Positions 16,117 to 24,000 of a stretch of 24,000 nt of DNA are shown here, in pieces. The DNA is taken from assembly GCF_003610775.1 (NCBI RefSeq), contig NZ_RAQO01000004.1, positions 783,755-807,754 of the forward strand, read 5' to 3'. Every line of letters begins with the position of its first letter. Position 1 is the first letter of the stretch. The DNA is from Alginatibacterium sediminis (GTDB lineage: Bacteria > Pseudomonadota > Gammaproteobacteria > Enterobacterales > Celerinatantimonadaceae). The translations under genes and the position numbers were made by a program. The notes beneath the pieces were generated by a model. The model did no database searches, was not told the origin of the DNA, and was given only the letters and a program-made list of their open reading frames with translations.

Positions 16117-16748
16117 CAGTTTTGGTCGATAAAAGTTTGAACTTCAGTAATGATTTGCTCCTGAACCGCGCGCATGTCTAAACTTGCATCAACTTTAACA
16201 ACTTTAGGGTTGCTAGCCACTGCGTCTAAGTAGACGACACGAGCACGTTCAAAAAAATCGAGTTGTTGCTGTTCAATGCGATCCAAACTACCGCGACTTC
16301 GGGCTCGGCTTAAGCCTAAACTGGGATCAATATCTAGATAAACAGTTAAGTCTGGCTCAAAGTTTCCAATAGCGAACTGGCGAATAGTATCGAGTTCTTG
16401 TAATGCGATTCCACGACCTCCACCTTGATAGGCCCTAGAACTTAGATCATGCCTATCACCAATAACCCAATCACCTTGTTTTAGACTAGGTCGAATAACT
16501 TGTTCTACGAGTTGGCAGCGTGCAGCGTACATCATTAAGACTTCACTCGCAGTGCTTGGCATTTCACCTTCAAAACCATGCTTGATCATGTCTCGCAGTT
16601 GTTCGGCCATAGCAGTTCCACCAGGCTCGCGGGTGTTTACAAATCCAATACCGTTACGGCGTAGGCATTCGCCAATGCTTTCAATTGCACTGCTTTTACC
16701 CGCTCCTTCCAGACCTTCAATTACTATAAACTTACCAGCTAATGTCAT
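16116..16748 (-). CDS. tmk: Thymidylate kinase
   Basis: Motifs FIVIEGLEGAGKSS (P-loop), TREPGGT, DRHDLSSRAYQGGGRG and LDRIEQ match E. coli Tmk closely from memory. Confidence 0.95.
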   Translation of the reverse strand: MTLAGKFIVIEGLEGAGKSSAIESIGECLRRNGIGFVNTREPGGTAMAEQLRDMIKHGFEGEMPSTASEVLMMYAARCQLVEQVIRPSLKQGDWVIGDRHDLSSRAYQGGGRGIALQELDTIRQFAIGNFEPDLTVYLDIDPSLGLSRARSRGSLDRIEQQQLDFFERARVVYLDAVASNPKVVKVDASLDMRAVQEQIITEVQTFIDQN

Positions 16749-16749
16749 A

Positions 16750-17754
16750 TTACTTCTTCAATATATATTTACGAACCGCACGATTATGTTCGGCAAGATT
16801 CTTAGAAAAATAGTGCTCACCAGCTCCCTTTGCAACAAAATAGTAGAACTTGCTTTCGTCAGGGTTAAGCGCCGCTTCGATTGCTTCACTGCTCGCCATT
16901 GCGATGGGTGTTGGTGGTAGGCCAGAAATCACGTAGGTATTATAGGGTGTTGCTTCACGCAGGTCTTTTTTGCGGATCCGACCATCATAACGATCACCCA
17001 TGCCATATATAACTGTAGGGTCTGTTTGCAAGCGCATGTTGGCATGCATTCGATTGATAAATACTGAAGCAATTAAGGGACGTTCAGCTGCTTGACCACT
17101 TTCTTTCTCAATAATCGAGGCTAGTATCAAAGCATCGTAAGCGTTCTTAAGCGGTGTATCTGGACGTTCGCTATTGTCCCACTCCTGCGCTAGCTTTTGC
17201 TTTAAAGCAATATGTGCTCTTTGCACAATATCGAAGGCGTTAGTACCCGATGTAAAAAAATAGGTTTCTGGTAACAATAGTCCTTCCATAGAAGCATGCT
17301 CAACAGACAATTGCTCTATAATCTGGCTTTCATTGAATTCACTAGCGAGTAGACCTTCGCTTTGGTTAAGCTGTTGCCAAACGTTTTTGAAGGTTTCACC
17401 AGCAATAATGGTAACGCGATACTGATACTCAGCGGCGGTTTGCAAAGTTTCTGATATATCCGCAAAGCTCATCCCATCATTTAGTTCAAAATGACCTTTG
17501 CGCACACTGGCAGTGCTCGGATCAAGCTTAAACCATAGTCGTAAACGAAATCGATCAATTTCATCAAGTATAAACATGTCATTAAGCACGCGATTCAAGT
17601 TTGAACCACTTTGAACATTGTAAACCTGCGACTCAAAAGATTGGCTCTTGTGCCAGAGGTCGTTACTACTTTGAACAAACAAATAGCCACCCGCTACCAA
17701 CGCAATAGATGCAACAACAAATAGCGAGACTAAAATTTTAATTAAACGAATCAT
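16750..17754 (-). CDS. mltG: Endolytic murein transglycosylase MltG (YceG)
   Basis: The protein has an N-terminal TM anchor and a YceG-like domain (LASIIEKE, NR...M.LQTDPTVIYG, YNTY...GLPP.PI). I prefer the ATG at 17754, which forms an ATGA overlap with the pabC stop, over the TTG at 17775 in the ORF track. Confidence 0.9.
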   Translation of the reverse strand: MIRLIKILVSLFVVASIALVAGGYLFVQSSNDLWHKSQSFESQVYNVQSGSNLNRVLNDMFILDEIDRFRLRLWFKLDPSTASVRKGHFELNDGMSFADISETLQTAAEYQYRVTIIAGETFKNVWQQLNQSEGLLASEFNESQIIEQLSVEHASMEGLLLPETYFFTSGTNAFDIVQRAHIALKQKLAQEWDNSERPDTPLKNAYDALILASIIEKESGQAAERPLIASVFINRMHANMRLQTDPTVIYGMGDRYDGRIRKKDLREATPYNTYVISGLPPTPIAMASSEAIEAALNPDESKFYYFVAKGAGEHYFSKNLAEHNRAVRKYILKK

Positions 17755-18527
17755 TGGGTTTGTAACCACCGACAAAATCTAAATTGAGAATAAAAATGTG
17801 ACCCAAGTTGGGCTACAGGCACGATACCAAATACACTATTCGTAAACCAAAGCTCATCCGCATCTTGAACTTCGTCTTGGCTAAACTCTCCGACAATTGT
17901 TTCAACTCCCGCTTGCGCTAATACTTTCAAGAGCCAAGCCCGTTTAACACCGTGTATTCCTGCCCACTTAAGACCTGGTGTATAAACTTTTTGGTTTTTC
18001 ATCCAAAAAATATTTGCACTAACGCCTTCAACCACATTACCAAAAACGTCCTGACAAATAAGTTCATCTACACGCTTGGCTTCGGCCTGTTGCTTTAGTT
18101 GTACCTGCTCTATTCGGTTAAGTGTTTTAAGGTTGCTGCAACTCCCTCCACTAGCAAGCGCTACGGTAGCAAAATCAGCAACAACTCCTTTATCGCGCCA
18201 AAGGGGTTGGTGCGCTGGTACGCCATGACTAGAAATGACCCAATGCGCTCCAGCACAGTGAGTTGGGCTATAGCCCCGGCCACCACTCCCGCGACTAATC
18301 ACTACTTTTAACACACTATGAACTAAGTTTTGGGCTTCAAATAAAATTTCATTCCACAGTTTAGGGGACAATGGCGGAAAACCTAACTGAGTTTGGCAAT
18401 CAAGCAAGCGCTGTTGGTGAAGTTCTAAGTGTTCGATGCGACCCTGCTTAACTAACATTGTTGTGAAGAAACCGTCACCATAATTGAAAGCTCTATCGCT
18501 TGAATCAATCTGAGCCGGCTTATACAT
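17751..18527 (-). CDS. pabC: Aminodeoxychorismate lyase
   Basis: The protein shows class IV aminotransferase-fold motifs (SDRAFNYGDGFFTT, LKVVISRGSGGRGYSP, KTLNR.EQV) close to E. coli PabC. Its position between fabF and mltG is conserved. Confidence 0.9.
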   Translation of the reverse strand: MYKPAQIDSSDRAFNYGDGFFTTMLVKQGRIEHLELHQQRLLDCQTQLGFPPLSPKLWNEILFEAQNLVHSVLKVVISRGSGGRGYSPTHCAGAHWVISSHGVPAHQPLWRDKGVVADFATVALASGGSCSNLKTLNRIEQVQLKQQAEAKRVDELICQDVFGNVVEGVSANIFWMKNQKVYTPGLKWAGIHGVKRAWLLKVLAQAGVETIVGEFSQDEVQDADELWFTNSVFGIVPVAQLGSHFYSQFRFCRWLQTQ

Positions 18528-18564
18528 GGTTTAACATCCTTGAATAACACTGCTGATACTGGAC

Positions 18565-18590
18565 AAAAAAAAGCCTGAATGAATCAGGCT
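18565..18590 (-). terminator. Rho-independent terminator after fabF
   Basis: On the minus strand the sequence reads AGCCTGA-TTCAT-TCAGGCT followed by TTTTTTTT. This corresponds to the plus-strand A-run at 18565-18572. Confidence 0.8.
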
Positions 18591-18614
18591 TTTAACAACG
18601 CGATAGTTGGTATT

Positions 18615-19859
18615 TTAGTCGTCCATACGTTTAAAGATCAAGGTGCCATTCGTGCCGCCAAAACCAAATGAGTTACTTAACACATAGTCTAGCTTGGCAT
18701 CGCGTGATTTTCCTACCACATAGTCCAAGTCGCAACCTTCACTTGGGTTTTCCAAATTGATGGTTGGCGGAACTTTTTGATTGACCAAAGCCAACACTGA
18801 AATAATAGCTTCAACTGAACCAGCAGCACCCAATAGATGACCGGTCATCGATTTTGTGGAGCTAACCATTATGTCTTTTGCTGAATCGCCCCATACGCGC
18901 TTAACTGCCATAGTTTCGGCAATATCTCCAGCTGGCGTCGATGTACCATGAGCATTCACATAGCCAATTTGGTTTGCGCTAATGCCTGCATCTTTTATAG
19001 CGTTTTCCATAGAACGAGCTGCACCTTCACCATCTGCTGGTGGTGAGGTCATATGATAGGCGTCTCCACTCATACCAAAGCCGACAAGCTCAGCATAAAT
19101 TTTCGCACCGCGAGCTTTTGCAATTTCATACTCTTCAAGGACGATAACCCCTGCTCCATCACCAAGAACAAAGCCATCACGGTCTTTGTCCCATGGTCGA
19201 CTTGCAGTTGTAGGATCATCATTACGGGTAGATAGAGCTCTCGCGGCTGCAAATCCTCCCATACCAAGCTCTGTCGATGCTTTTTCAGAGCCACCAGCAA
19301 GCATTTGGTCTGCATCACCATAGGCTATCATTCGTGCAGCCAGTCCAATAGCGTGAGCGCCTGTTGTACAGGCTGTAGTCACCGCTATATTAGGACCTTT
19401 AAGGCCTTTCATAATTGATAGATTACCAGCAACCATGTTGATGATAGTTGACGGTACAAAGAAAGGACTAATTTTACGCGGGCCAGATTTTTCTAGGTTA
19501 GCATGATTACTTTCAATCAATCCCAGACCACCAATACCTGAACCGATTGCAACACCAAATCGTTCTGCGTTTTGATCGGTAACTTCAATGCCCGAATCTT
19601 CGAGAGCCATAATACCAGCTACAACACCGTATTGAATGAAGTCATCCATTTTACGTTGTTCTTTTTTCGAAATATAAGGGCTTGCATCAAAGTCTTTAAT
19701 GAGACCAGCAAAGCGGGTGCTATAAGCACTACAGTCAAAGTGTTCGATGGGTCCGACTCCACTTTCACCATTCAAAAGCGCTTGCCAAGACTGCTCTAAG
19801 GTATTGCCGACAGGTGTCAACATACCCATACCAGTTACGACTACTCTACGTTTAGCCAC
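18615..19859 (-). CDS. fabF: 3-oxoacyl-ACP synthase II
   Basis: The 414-aa protein has the KAS II catalytic triad context ([31 protein letters not shown]). It uses a GTG start 8 nt after GGAG and lies downstream of acpP. Confidence 0.96.
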   Translation of the reverse strand: MAKRRVVVTGMGMLTPVGNTLEQSWQALLNGESGVGPIEHFDCSAYSTRFAGLIKDFDASPYISKKEQRKMDDFIQYGVVAGIMALEDSGIEVTDQNAERFGVAIGSGIGGLGLIESNHANLEKSGPRKISPFFVPSTIINMVAGNLSIMKGLKGPNIAVTTACTTGAHAIGLAARMIAYGDADQMLAGGSEKASTELGMGGFAAARALSTRNDDPTTASRPWDKDRDGFVLGDGAGVIVLEEYEIAKARGAKIYAELVGFGMSGDAYHMTSPPADGEGAARSMENAIKDAGISANQIGYVNAHGTSTPAGDIAETMAVKRVWGDSAKDIMVSSTKSMTGHLLGAAGSVEAIISVLALVNQKVPPTINLENPSEGCDLDYVVGKSRDAKLDYVLSNSFGFGGTNGTLIFKRMDD

Positions 19860-20058
19860 AGAAATGTCTCCAGGGGGATAATAAGGTACATACTAGTCAT
19901 TATAAATAATGTTGCTCTATTTTAATTGAAGCTATTGAGTAGCACTAAGATTTGATGTGATTTGCTCGGGCTTGCGGCGACATTGTTTAACTTAGTTACG
20001 AACTCAGACTTAATTAATCAAAGCACTTATTTATGAGGGCTAGGTTAATATTTAGCAT

Positions 20059-20085
20059 AAAAAAAGAGCGGACTAATGCCGCTCT
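20059..20085 (-). terminator. Rho-independent terminator/attenuator after acpP
   Basis: On the minus strand the sequence reads AGAGCGG-CATTAGT-CCGCTCT followed by TTTTTTT. The hairpin spans 20065-20085, and the plus-strand A-run spans 20059-20065. Confidence 0.8.
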
Positions 20086-20100
20086 TGTTCCAATACTGTC

Positions 20101-20334
20101 TTATTGGTTAGCTGTAACGTAATCAATAGCAGCTTGGACAGTAGTGATTTTTTCAGCTTCTTCATCAGGAATCTCAGTATCAAATTCCTCTTCCAAAGCC
20201 ATAACCAACTCAACTGTATCAAGCGAATCAGCGCCTAAGTCGTCAACAAATGAAGCTTCAATTTTTACTTCGTCTTCACTAACACCAAGTTGTTCAACAA
20301 TGATTTTTTTTACGCGTTCTTCAATTGTACTCAT
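20101..20334 (-). CDS. acpP: Acyl carrier protein
   Basis: The 77-aa protein begins [18 protein letters not shown] and contains the phosphopantetheine attachment motif [19 protein letters not shown]. Confidence 0.98.
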   Translation of the reverse strand: MSTIEERVKKIIVEQLGVSEDEVKIEASFVDDLGADSLDTVELVMALEEEFDTEIPDEEAEKITTVQAAIDYVTANQ

Positions 20335-20495
20335 GACAATAATTTTCCTATGTAATTACGCTTTATGCGTTGTCCGATAGTCTATTCATTCGAGCTGGCT
20401 TTGCAAGCCCGATATTGGTGGTCTAACCACGTTTACTCAAAATTTAACCAGTAAAAACCGGAGCTTAGTCAAATTTTTAACAAAAATGTTAAAAA

Positions 20496-21230
20496 TTACA
20501 CCATATACATCCCGCCATTAACATGAATTGTCTCGCCGGTAATGTATGCCGCGTCGTCGCTGGCTAAGAATGCAACAGTTTTAGCAATCTCTTCAACTGA
20601 ACCTAAGCGCCCCATTGGTACTTGGTCCATAATAGCTTGTTTTTGCTTATCATCTAGCTCTTCAGTCATATCTGTTGCGATAAAACCAGGTGCAATTGCA
20701 TTAACGGTTATATTACGAGATGCAATCTCACGCGCTAAAGAACGTGTAAATCCTAGCACTCCAGCCTTCGCTGCTGAATAATTTGCTTGCCCCGCATTGC
20801 CCATTGTACCAACAACAGAACCAATACTTATAATTCGACCTGAGCGTTTTTTCATCATGGCGCGAAGTACAGCTTTACTTAAACGAAAAACTGAACTTAA
20901 GTTCGTTTGAATAATATCATCCCATTCGTCATCTTTCATGCGCATTAAGATGTTATCGCGTGTAATTCCGGCGTTATTAACCAAGATATCTACATCGCCA
21001 TAGCGTAGCTTTATTTCAGCAAATAGAGCTGCGATAGAATCACTTGAAGTGACATCTAATACTAGACCACATCCATTGTCAGCAAAAGCATCGTCAATAG
21101 CTTTTGCTCCAGACTCACTAGTTGCAGTGCCAATTACTTTAGCACCACGAGCGATTAGTTCATTAGAAATAGCGCGACCAATGCCACGGCTTGCGCCAGT
21201 AACCAGCGCAACCTTACCTGTTAAAGACAT
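20496..21230 (-). CDS. fabG: 3-oxoacyl-ACP reductase
   Basis: The protein shows SDR motifs (TGASRGIG, NNAG, YSAAKAG) and the C-terminal tail HVNGGMYMV typical of FabG. Its position in the fab cluster is conserved. Confidence 0.96.
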   Translation of the reverse strand: MSLTGKVALVTGASRGIGRAISNELIARGAKVIGTATSESGAKAIDDAFADNGCGLVLDVTSSDSIAALFAEIKLRYGDVDILVNNAGITRDNILMRMKDDEWDDIIQTNLSSVFRLSKAVLRAMMKKRSGRIISIGSVVGTMGNAGQANYSAAKAGVLGFTRSLAREIASRNITVNAIAPGFIATDMTEELDDKQKQAIMDQVPMGRLGSVEEIAKTVAFLASDDAAYITGETIHVNGGMYMV

Positions 21231-21239
21231 TATAGATCC

Positions 21240-22169
21240 TTATAATTCAAGAGCCGTTTGCAATGACGCACTGTCATTGAGGGCGATAGATGTAAGTTGT
21301 TTATCAATGCGTTTACCTAGACCGGAAAGAACTTTACCTGGCCCACATTCAATGAGGGTTGAATTACCGGCACTCGCTATCTTGGTAATCGTTTCAGTCC
21401 AACGAACTGGGCTGTAAAGCTGAGCGATCAATGCAAGTTTAATTTGCTCAGCTGAAGTCGACACTTCTACATTCACATTATGTATGACTGGTAAATTGGC
21501 GTCATTAAAACGAATATTATCTAGGTAAGCTGATAGTTTTTCAGCCGCTGGTTTCATCAGAGCGCAGTGCGAAGGAACACTAACAGGCAAAGGAAGGGCC
21601 CGTTTGGCACCCGCTTCTTTACACATTATGTTTGCGCGCTCAACTGCATTTTTATTTCCGGCTATTACAACCTGTCCAGGCGAGTTATAATTTACTGGTG
21701 CAACAATTTCACCCTGGGCAGCTTCTAGGCAGCATTGCGCAATATCACTATCCCCAAGTCCGATAATTGCCGACATCGCGCCGACGCCTGCTGGGACAGC
21801 TTCTTGCATCACATGTCCGCGGTATTCCACTAGTTTTAAAGCCGTAGAAAAATCTAAGACACCTGCACAGGTCAAGGCTGAGTATTCCCCCAAACTATGA
21901 CCAGCCAATACCTTTGGAAGTTCGCCGCCTAATTCAAGCCATAAACGCCATAGGGCGACTGATGTTGCAAGCAATGCTGGCTGAGTACGATGAGTTTCGT
22001 TGAGCTTTTCAACTGGCCCATTGAAAATAAGATCACTAAGGTCGTAACCTAATGTTTGAGATGCTTCTGTTAGCGTCTCAAGTACTGAACCATGCTTTTG
22101 AGCTAATTCGGACAACATTCCCACTGTTTGTGAGCCTTGTCCGGGAAAAAGAAATGCTAAATTACTCAT
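21240..22169 (-). CDS. fabD: Malonyl-CoA:ACP transacylase
   Basis: The N-terminus FLFPGQGSQ and the active-site motif GHSLGEYSAL are present. The protein is 309 aa and lies between fabH and fabG. Confidence 0.96.
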   Translation of the reverse strand: MSNLAFLFPGQGSQTVGMLSELAQKHGSVLETLTEASQTLGYDLSDLIFNGPVEKLNETHRTQPALLATSVALWRLWLELGGELPKVLAGHSLGEYSALTCAGVLDFSTALKLVEYRGHVMQEAVPAGVGAMSAIIGLGDSDIAQCCLEAAQGEIVAPVNYNSPGQVVIAGNKNAVERANIMCKEAGAKRALPLPVSVPSHCALMKPAAEKLSAYLDNIRFNDANLPVIHNVNVEVSTSAEQIKLALIAQLYSPVRWTETITKIASAGNSTLIECGPGKVLSGLGKRIDKQLTSIALNDSASLQTALEL

Positions 22170-22194
22170 CTAAAATCCTGATAATAAAAGTAAA

Positions 22195-23154
22195 CTAAAA
22201 ACGTACTAAAGCGCTACCCCAAGCAAAACCACCGCCAAACGCTTCCAATAGAACCAAGTGTCCAGACTGGATTCGGCCATCTCGAACGGCTTCATCAAGG
22301 GCAATTGGAACTGATGCTGCAGATGTATTGCCATGACGTTCTAATGTCAACACTACCTTATCTAACGGCATTTTCAATTTTTTTGCTGTTGCTTTTATGA
22401 TTCTAAAATTTGCTTGGTGTGGAACCAACCAATCGAGCTGCGATGCATCGACGTTATTTGCCGCAAGCGTTGTCGTCACCAACTCACTTAAACGAGTAAC
22501 AGCAACTTTAAACACTTCATTGCCACTCATCGACATATAAGTTTCCATTTCGTTGCCCGATAGACCACGTTTTGGCTGAGGTAGTTTAAGCAAATCACCG
22601 TAACGACCATCAGCGTGAATATGTGTCGACATAATACCACTGGTTTCACTTGCACTTAGGATTGCGGCTCCGGCACCATCACCAAATAGAATGATTGTTC
22701 CCCGATCAGCAGGATCACACATCTGAGAGAGTCTATCGACCCCAATCACTAATGCATGTTTGACCGCACCACTCTTGACATACTGATCGGCAATACTTAA
22801 GGCATAGCAAAACCCGGCACAAGCGGCTGCAACATCGAATGCTGGAACACCAGCAATACCTAACTTAGCTTGGACTTCACAGGCCGCTGCTGGAAAGGCA
22901 TTCTCGGCGGAGGTAGTCGCCAACACAATAATTCCGATATCACCTGCAGAGATACCCGAAGCTTCAATGGCTTTGAGAGCTGCAATATATGCCATATCCG
23001 ATATGGTTTCGTCAGCGTTCGCTATTCGACGCTCTTTTATTCCCGTACGCTCGGTTATCCATTGGTCACTTGTTTCAACCATCAGCTCTAGATCAGCGTT
23101 TGTGCGTACTTCACGAGGAAGATAACTACCGGTGCCACTTATTCTTGAATACAT
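22195..23154 (-). CDS. fabH: 3-oxoacyl-ACP synthase III
   Basis: The protein shows KAS III motifs (AACAGF active-site Cys, VPHQAN, GNTSAAS, FGGGF.WG) and is 319 aa. Confidence 0.96.
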   Translation of the reverse strand: MYSRISGTGSYLPREVRTNADLELMVETSDQWITERTGIKERRIANADETISDMAYIAALKAIEASGISAGDIGIIVLATTSAENAFPAAACEVQAKLGIAGVPAFDVAAACAGFCYALSIADQYVKSGAVKHALVIGVDRLSQMCDPADRGTIILFGDGAGAAILSASETSGIMSTHIHADGRYGDLLKLPQPKRGLSGNEMETYMSMSGNEVFKVAVTRLSELVTTTLAANNVDASQLDWLVPHQANFRIIKATAKKLKMPLDKVVLTLERHGNTSAASVPIALDEAVRDGRIQSGHLVLLEAFGGGFAWGSALVRF

Positions 23155-23184
23155 GAAATAAAGATATCTCTATTGATAATTCAA

Positions 23185-24000
23185 CTATGTATGGTCAGGC
23201 TCACCAAAATAATCAGAAAACTGATGAGCAATTTTGACCGCTACTTGTTCTTGGCTTTGTGTAATACAAAGCTCTAATGCCTGTAAAAAGCTAACTTGAT
23301 CCGCATGCCCATGGCTTTTTACAACAATGGCGCGCAATCCTAACAAACTTGCGCCGTTATACTGGTCGGGGTTCAGCTTTTTTAAATTGTGTTCAACTTT
23401 AGGACGAATCCAGGAGCTGAGCAAGCGTTGCACCGGATTAAGTGATTGAACACCCACCACTTGTGCACGCATATAACGCGCTAATCCTTCAGCTGTCTTC
23501 AATGCAACGTTGCCAACAAAGCCATCACAAACAACTACATCTGCGTCCCCATCGAATAAGCGGTTGCCTTCGATATAACCAATATAGTTGAGTTGGGGCG
23601 CAAGCCTTAATTTTTGCGCACATTGACGAACAACATCATTACCCTTGATGGATTCTTTTCCAATGTTGAGTAAGGCTACTCTAGGATTGTCGATACCGAG
23701 TACACTTTTTGAAAAAACTGAGCCCATATGCGCAAACTGAATTAGTAGTTCCGCATCGCAATTGGTGTTGGCACCTAAATCTAAAAGTACCGTCGGCGAA
23801 GGTTTACCATTTGGAATTTGACTGATGAGAGCCGGACGCTCGATCCCTGATATAAGTTTGAGTTTACGTCTTGCAATTGCCATTAGCGCCCCCGTGTTAC
23901 CGGCACTAAGACAAGCATCTGCTTGTTTTACTTCAACAGCATTGATTGCTAGATGCATTGACGAACCATCGCGCTGTCTCAAAACTTCAAACGGACTATC
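23185..24000 (-). CDS. plsX: Phosphate acyltransferase PlsX (N-terminus lies beyond the window end)
   Basis: Motifs SAGNTGALM, LDLGAN, NPRVALLNIG.E, VVCDGF.GNV.LK, LNPDQYNGA.LLGL and VKSHG are present. The frame stays open to position 24000, so the M at 23982 in the ORF track is internal. Confidence 0.93.
   Translation of the reverse strand, partial: DSPFEVLRQRDGSSMHLAINAVEVKQADACLSAGNTGALMAIARRKLKLISGIERPALISQIPNGKPSPTVLLDLGANTNCDAELLIQFAHMGSVFSKSVLGIDNPRVALLNIGKESIKGNDVVRQCAQKLRLAPQLNYIGYIEGNRLFDGDADVVVCDGFVGNVALKTAEGLARYMRAQVVGVQSLNPVQRLLSSWIRPKVEHNLKKLNPDQYNGASLLGLRAIVVKSHGHADQVSFLQALELCITQSQEQVAVKIAHQFSDYFGEPDHT

Noticed and set aside
16552-16920. A 122-aa plus-strand ORF spanning the tmk/mltG junction. 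Similar antisense ORFs occur at 21049-21417, 20144-20380, 20542-20781, 19053-19235, 19572-19799, 22870-23091, 18099-18311 and 15341-15547.
   Set aside because: All are antisense to highly conserved housekeeping genes, have low-complexity translations, and lack ribosome-binding sites.
20474-20495. A perfect AT-only inverted repeat, TTTTTAACA-N4-TGTTAAAAA, immediately after the fabG stop.
   Set aside because: The stem is entirely A/T, so it is thermodynamically weak. It is most likely a compositional feature of the acpP promoter UP-like region, not a terminator or operator. It is noted but not called.
1-24000. A search for CRISPR arrays, tRNA, rRNA, tandem repeats and IS elements.
   Set aside because: I saw no regularly spaced direct repeats, no cloverleaf-compatible sequences in the intergenic regions, and no transposase-like ORFs by eye. 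A computational scan (tRNAscan-SE, Infernal, TRF, ISfinder) would be needed to be certain.

Overview
The window looks like chromosomal DNA from an AT-rich gammaproteobacterium. The gene order resembles marine Alteromonadales-type genomes, but the taxon cannot be proven from sequence alone. Nearly all of it is recognisable housekeeping sequence, in two conserved blocks.

Block A (1-9.8 kb) holds the rnb 3' end, then prc-proQ-msrC-yebG on the minus strand, diverging from a LetA/LetB (YebS/YebT) MCE lipid-transport locus and rsmF on the plus strand.

Block B (14.4-24 kb, all minus strand) is the classic plsX-fabH-fabD-fabG-acpP-fabF-pabC-mltG-tmk-holB-ycfH cluster, with tightly coupled start/stop overlaps.

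Between them lies a 4.6 kb accessory segment of four separately spaced minus-strand genes: an Old Yellow Enzyme flavin reductase, a GFA-family Cys/Zn protein, a LysE/RhtB exporter and an MDR-family dehydrogenase. The spacers are unusually long and AT-rich, and no regulator gene is present.

I found no rRNA, tRNA, CRISPR array, transposase, integrase or recognisable defence genes, and no convincing novel multi-gene system.

The observations most worth a second look are:
- LetA is split exactly at its inter-repeat linker into two translationally coupled half-proteins.
- A perfect LexA SOS box sits upstream of a yebG-msrC pair that appears operonic.
- A structured, terminator-ended candidate sRNA or 3'UTR element lies downstream of rsmF, bracketed by an 11-bp direct repeat.
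- The leader of the LysE-family exporter contains a switch-like repeat/hairpin arrangement plus a tiny uORF.
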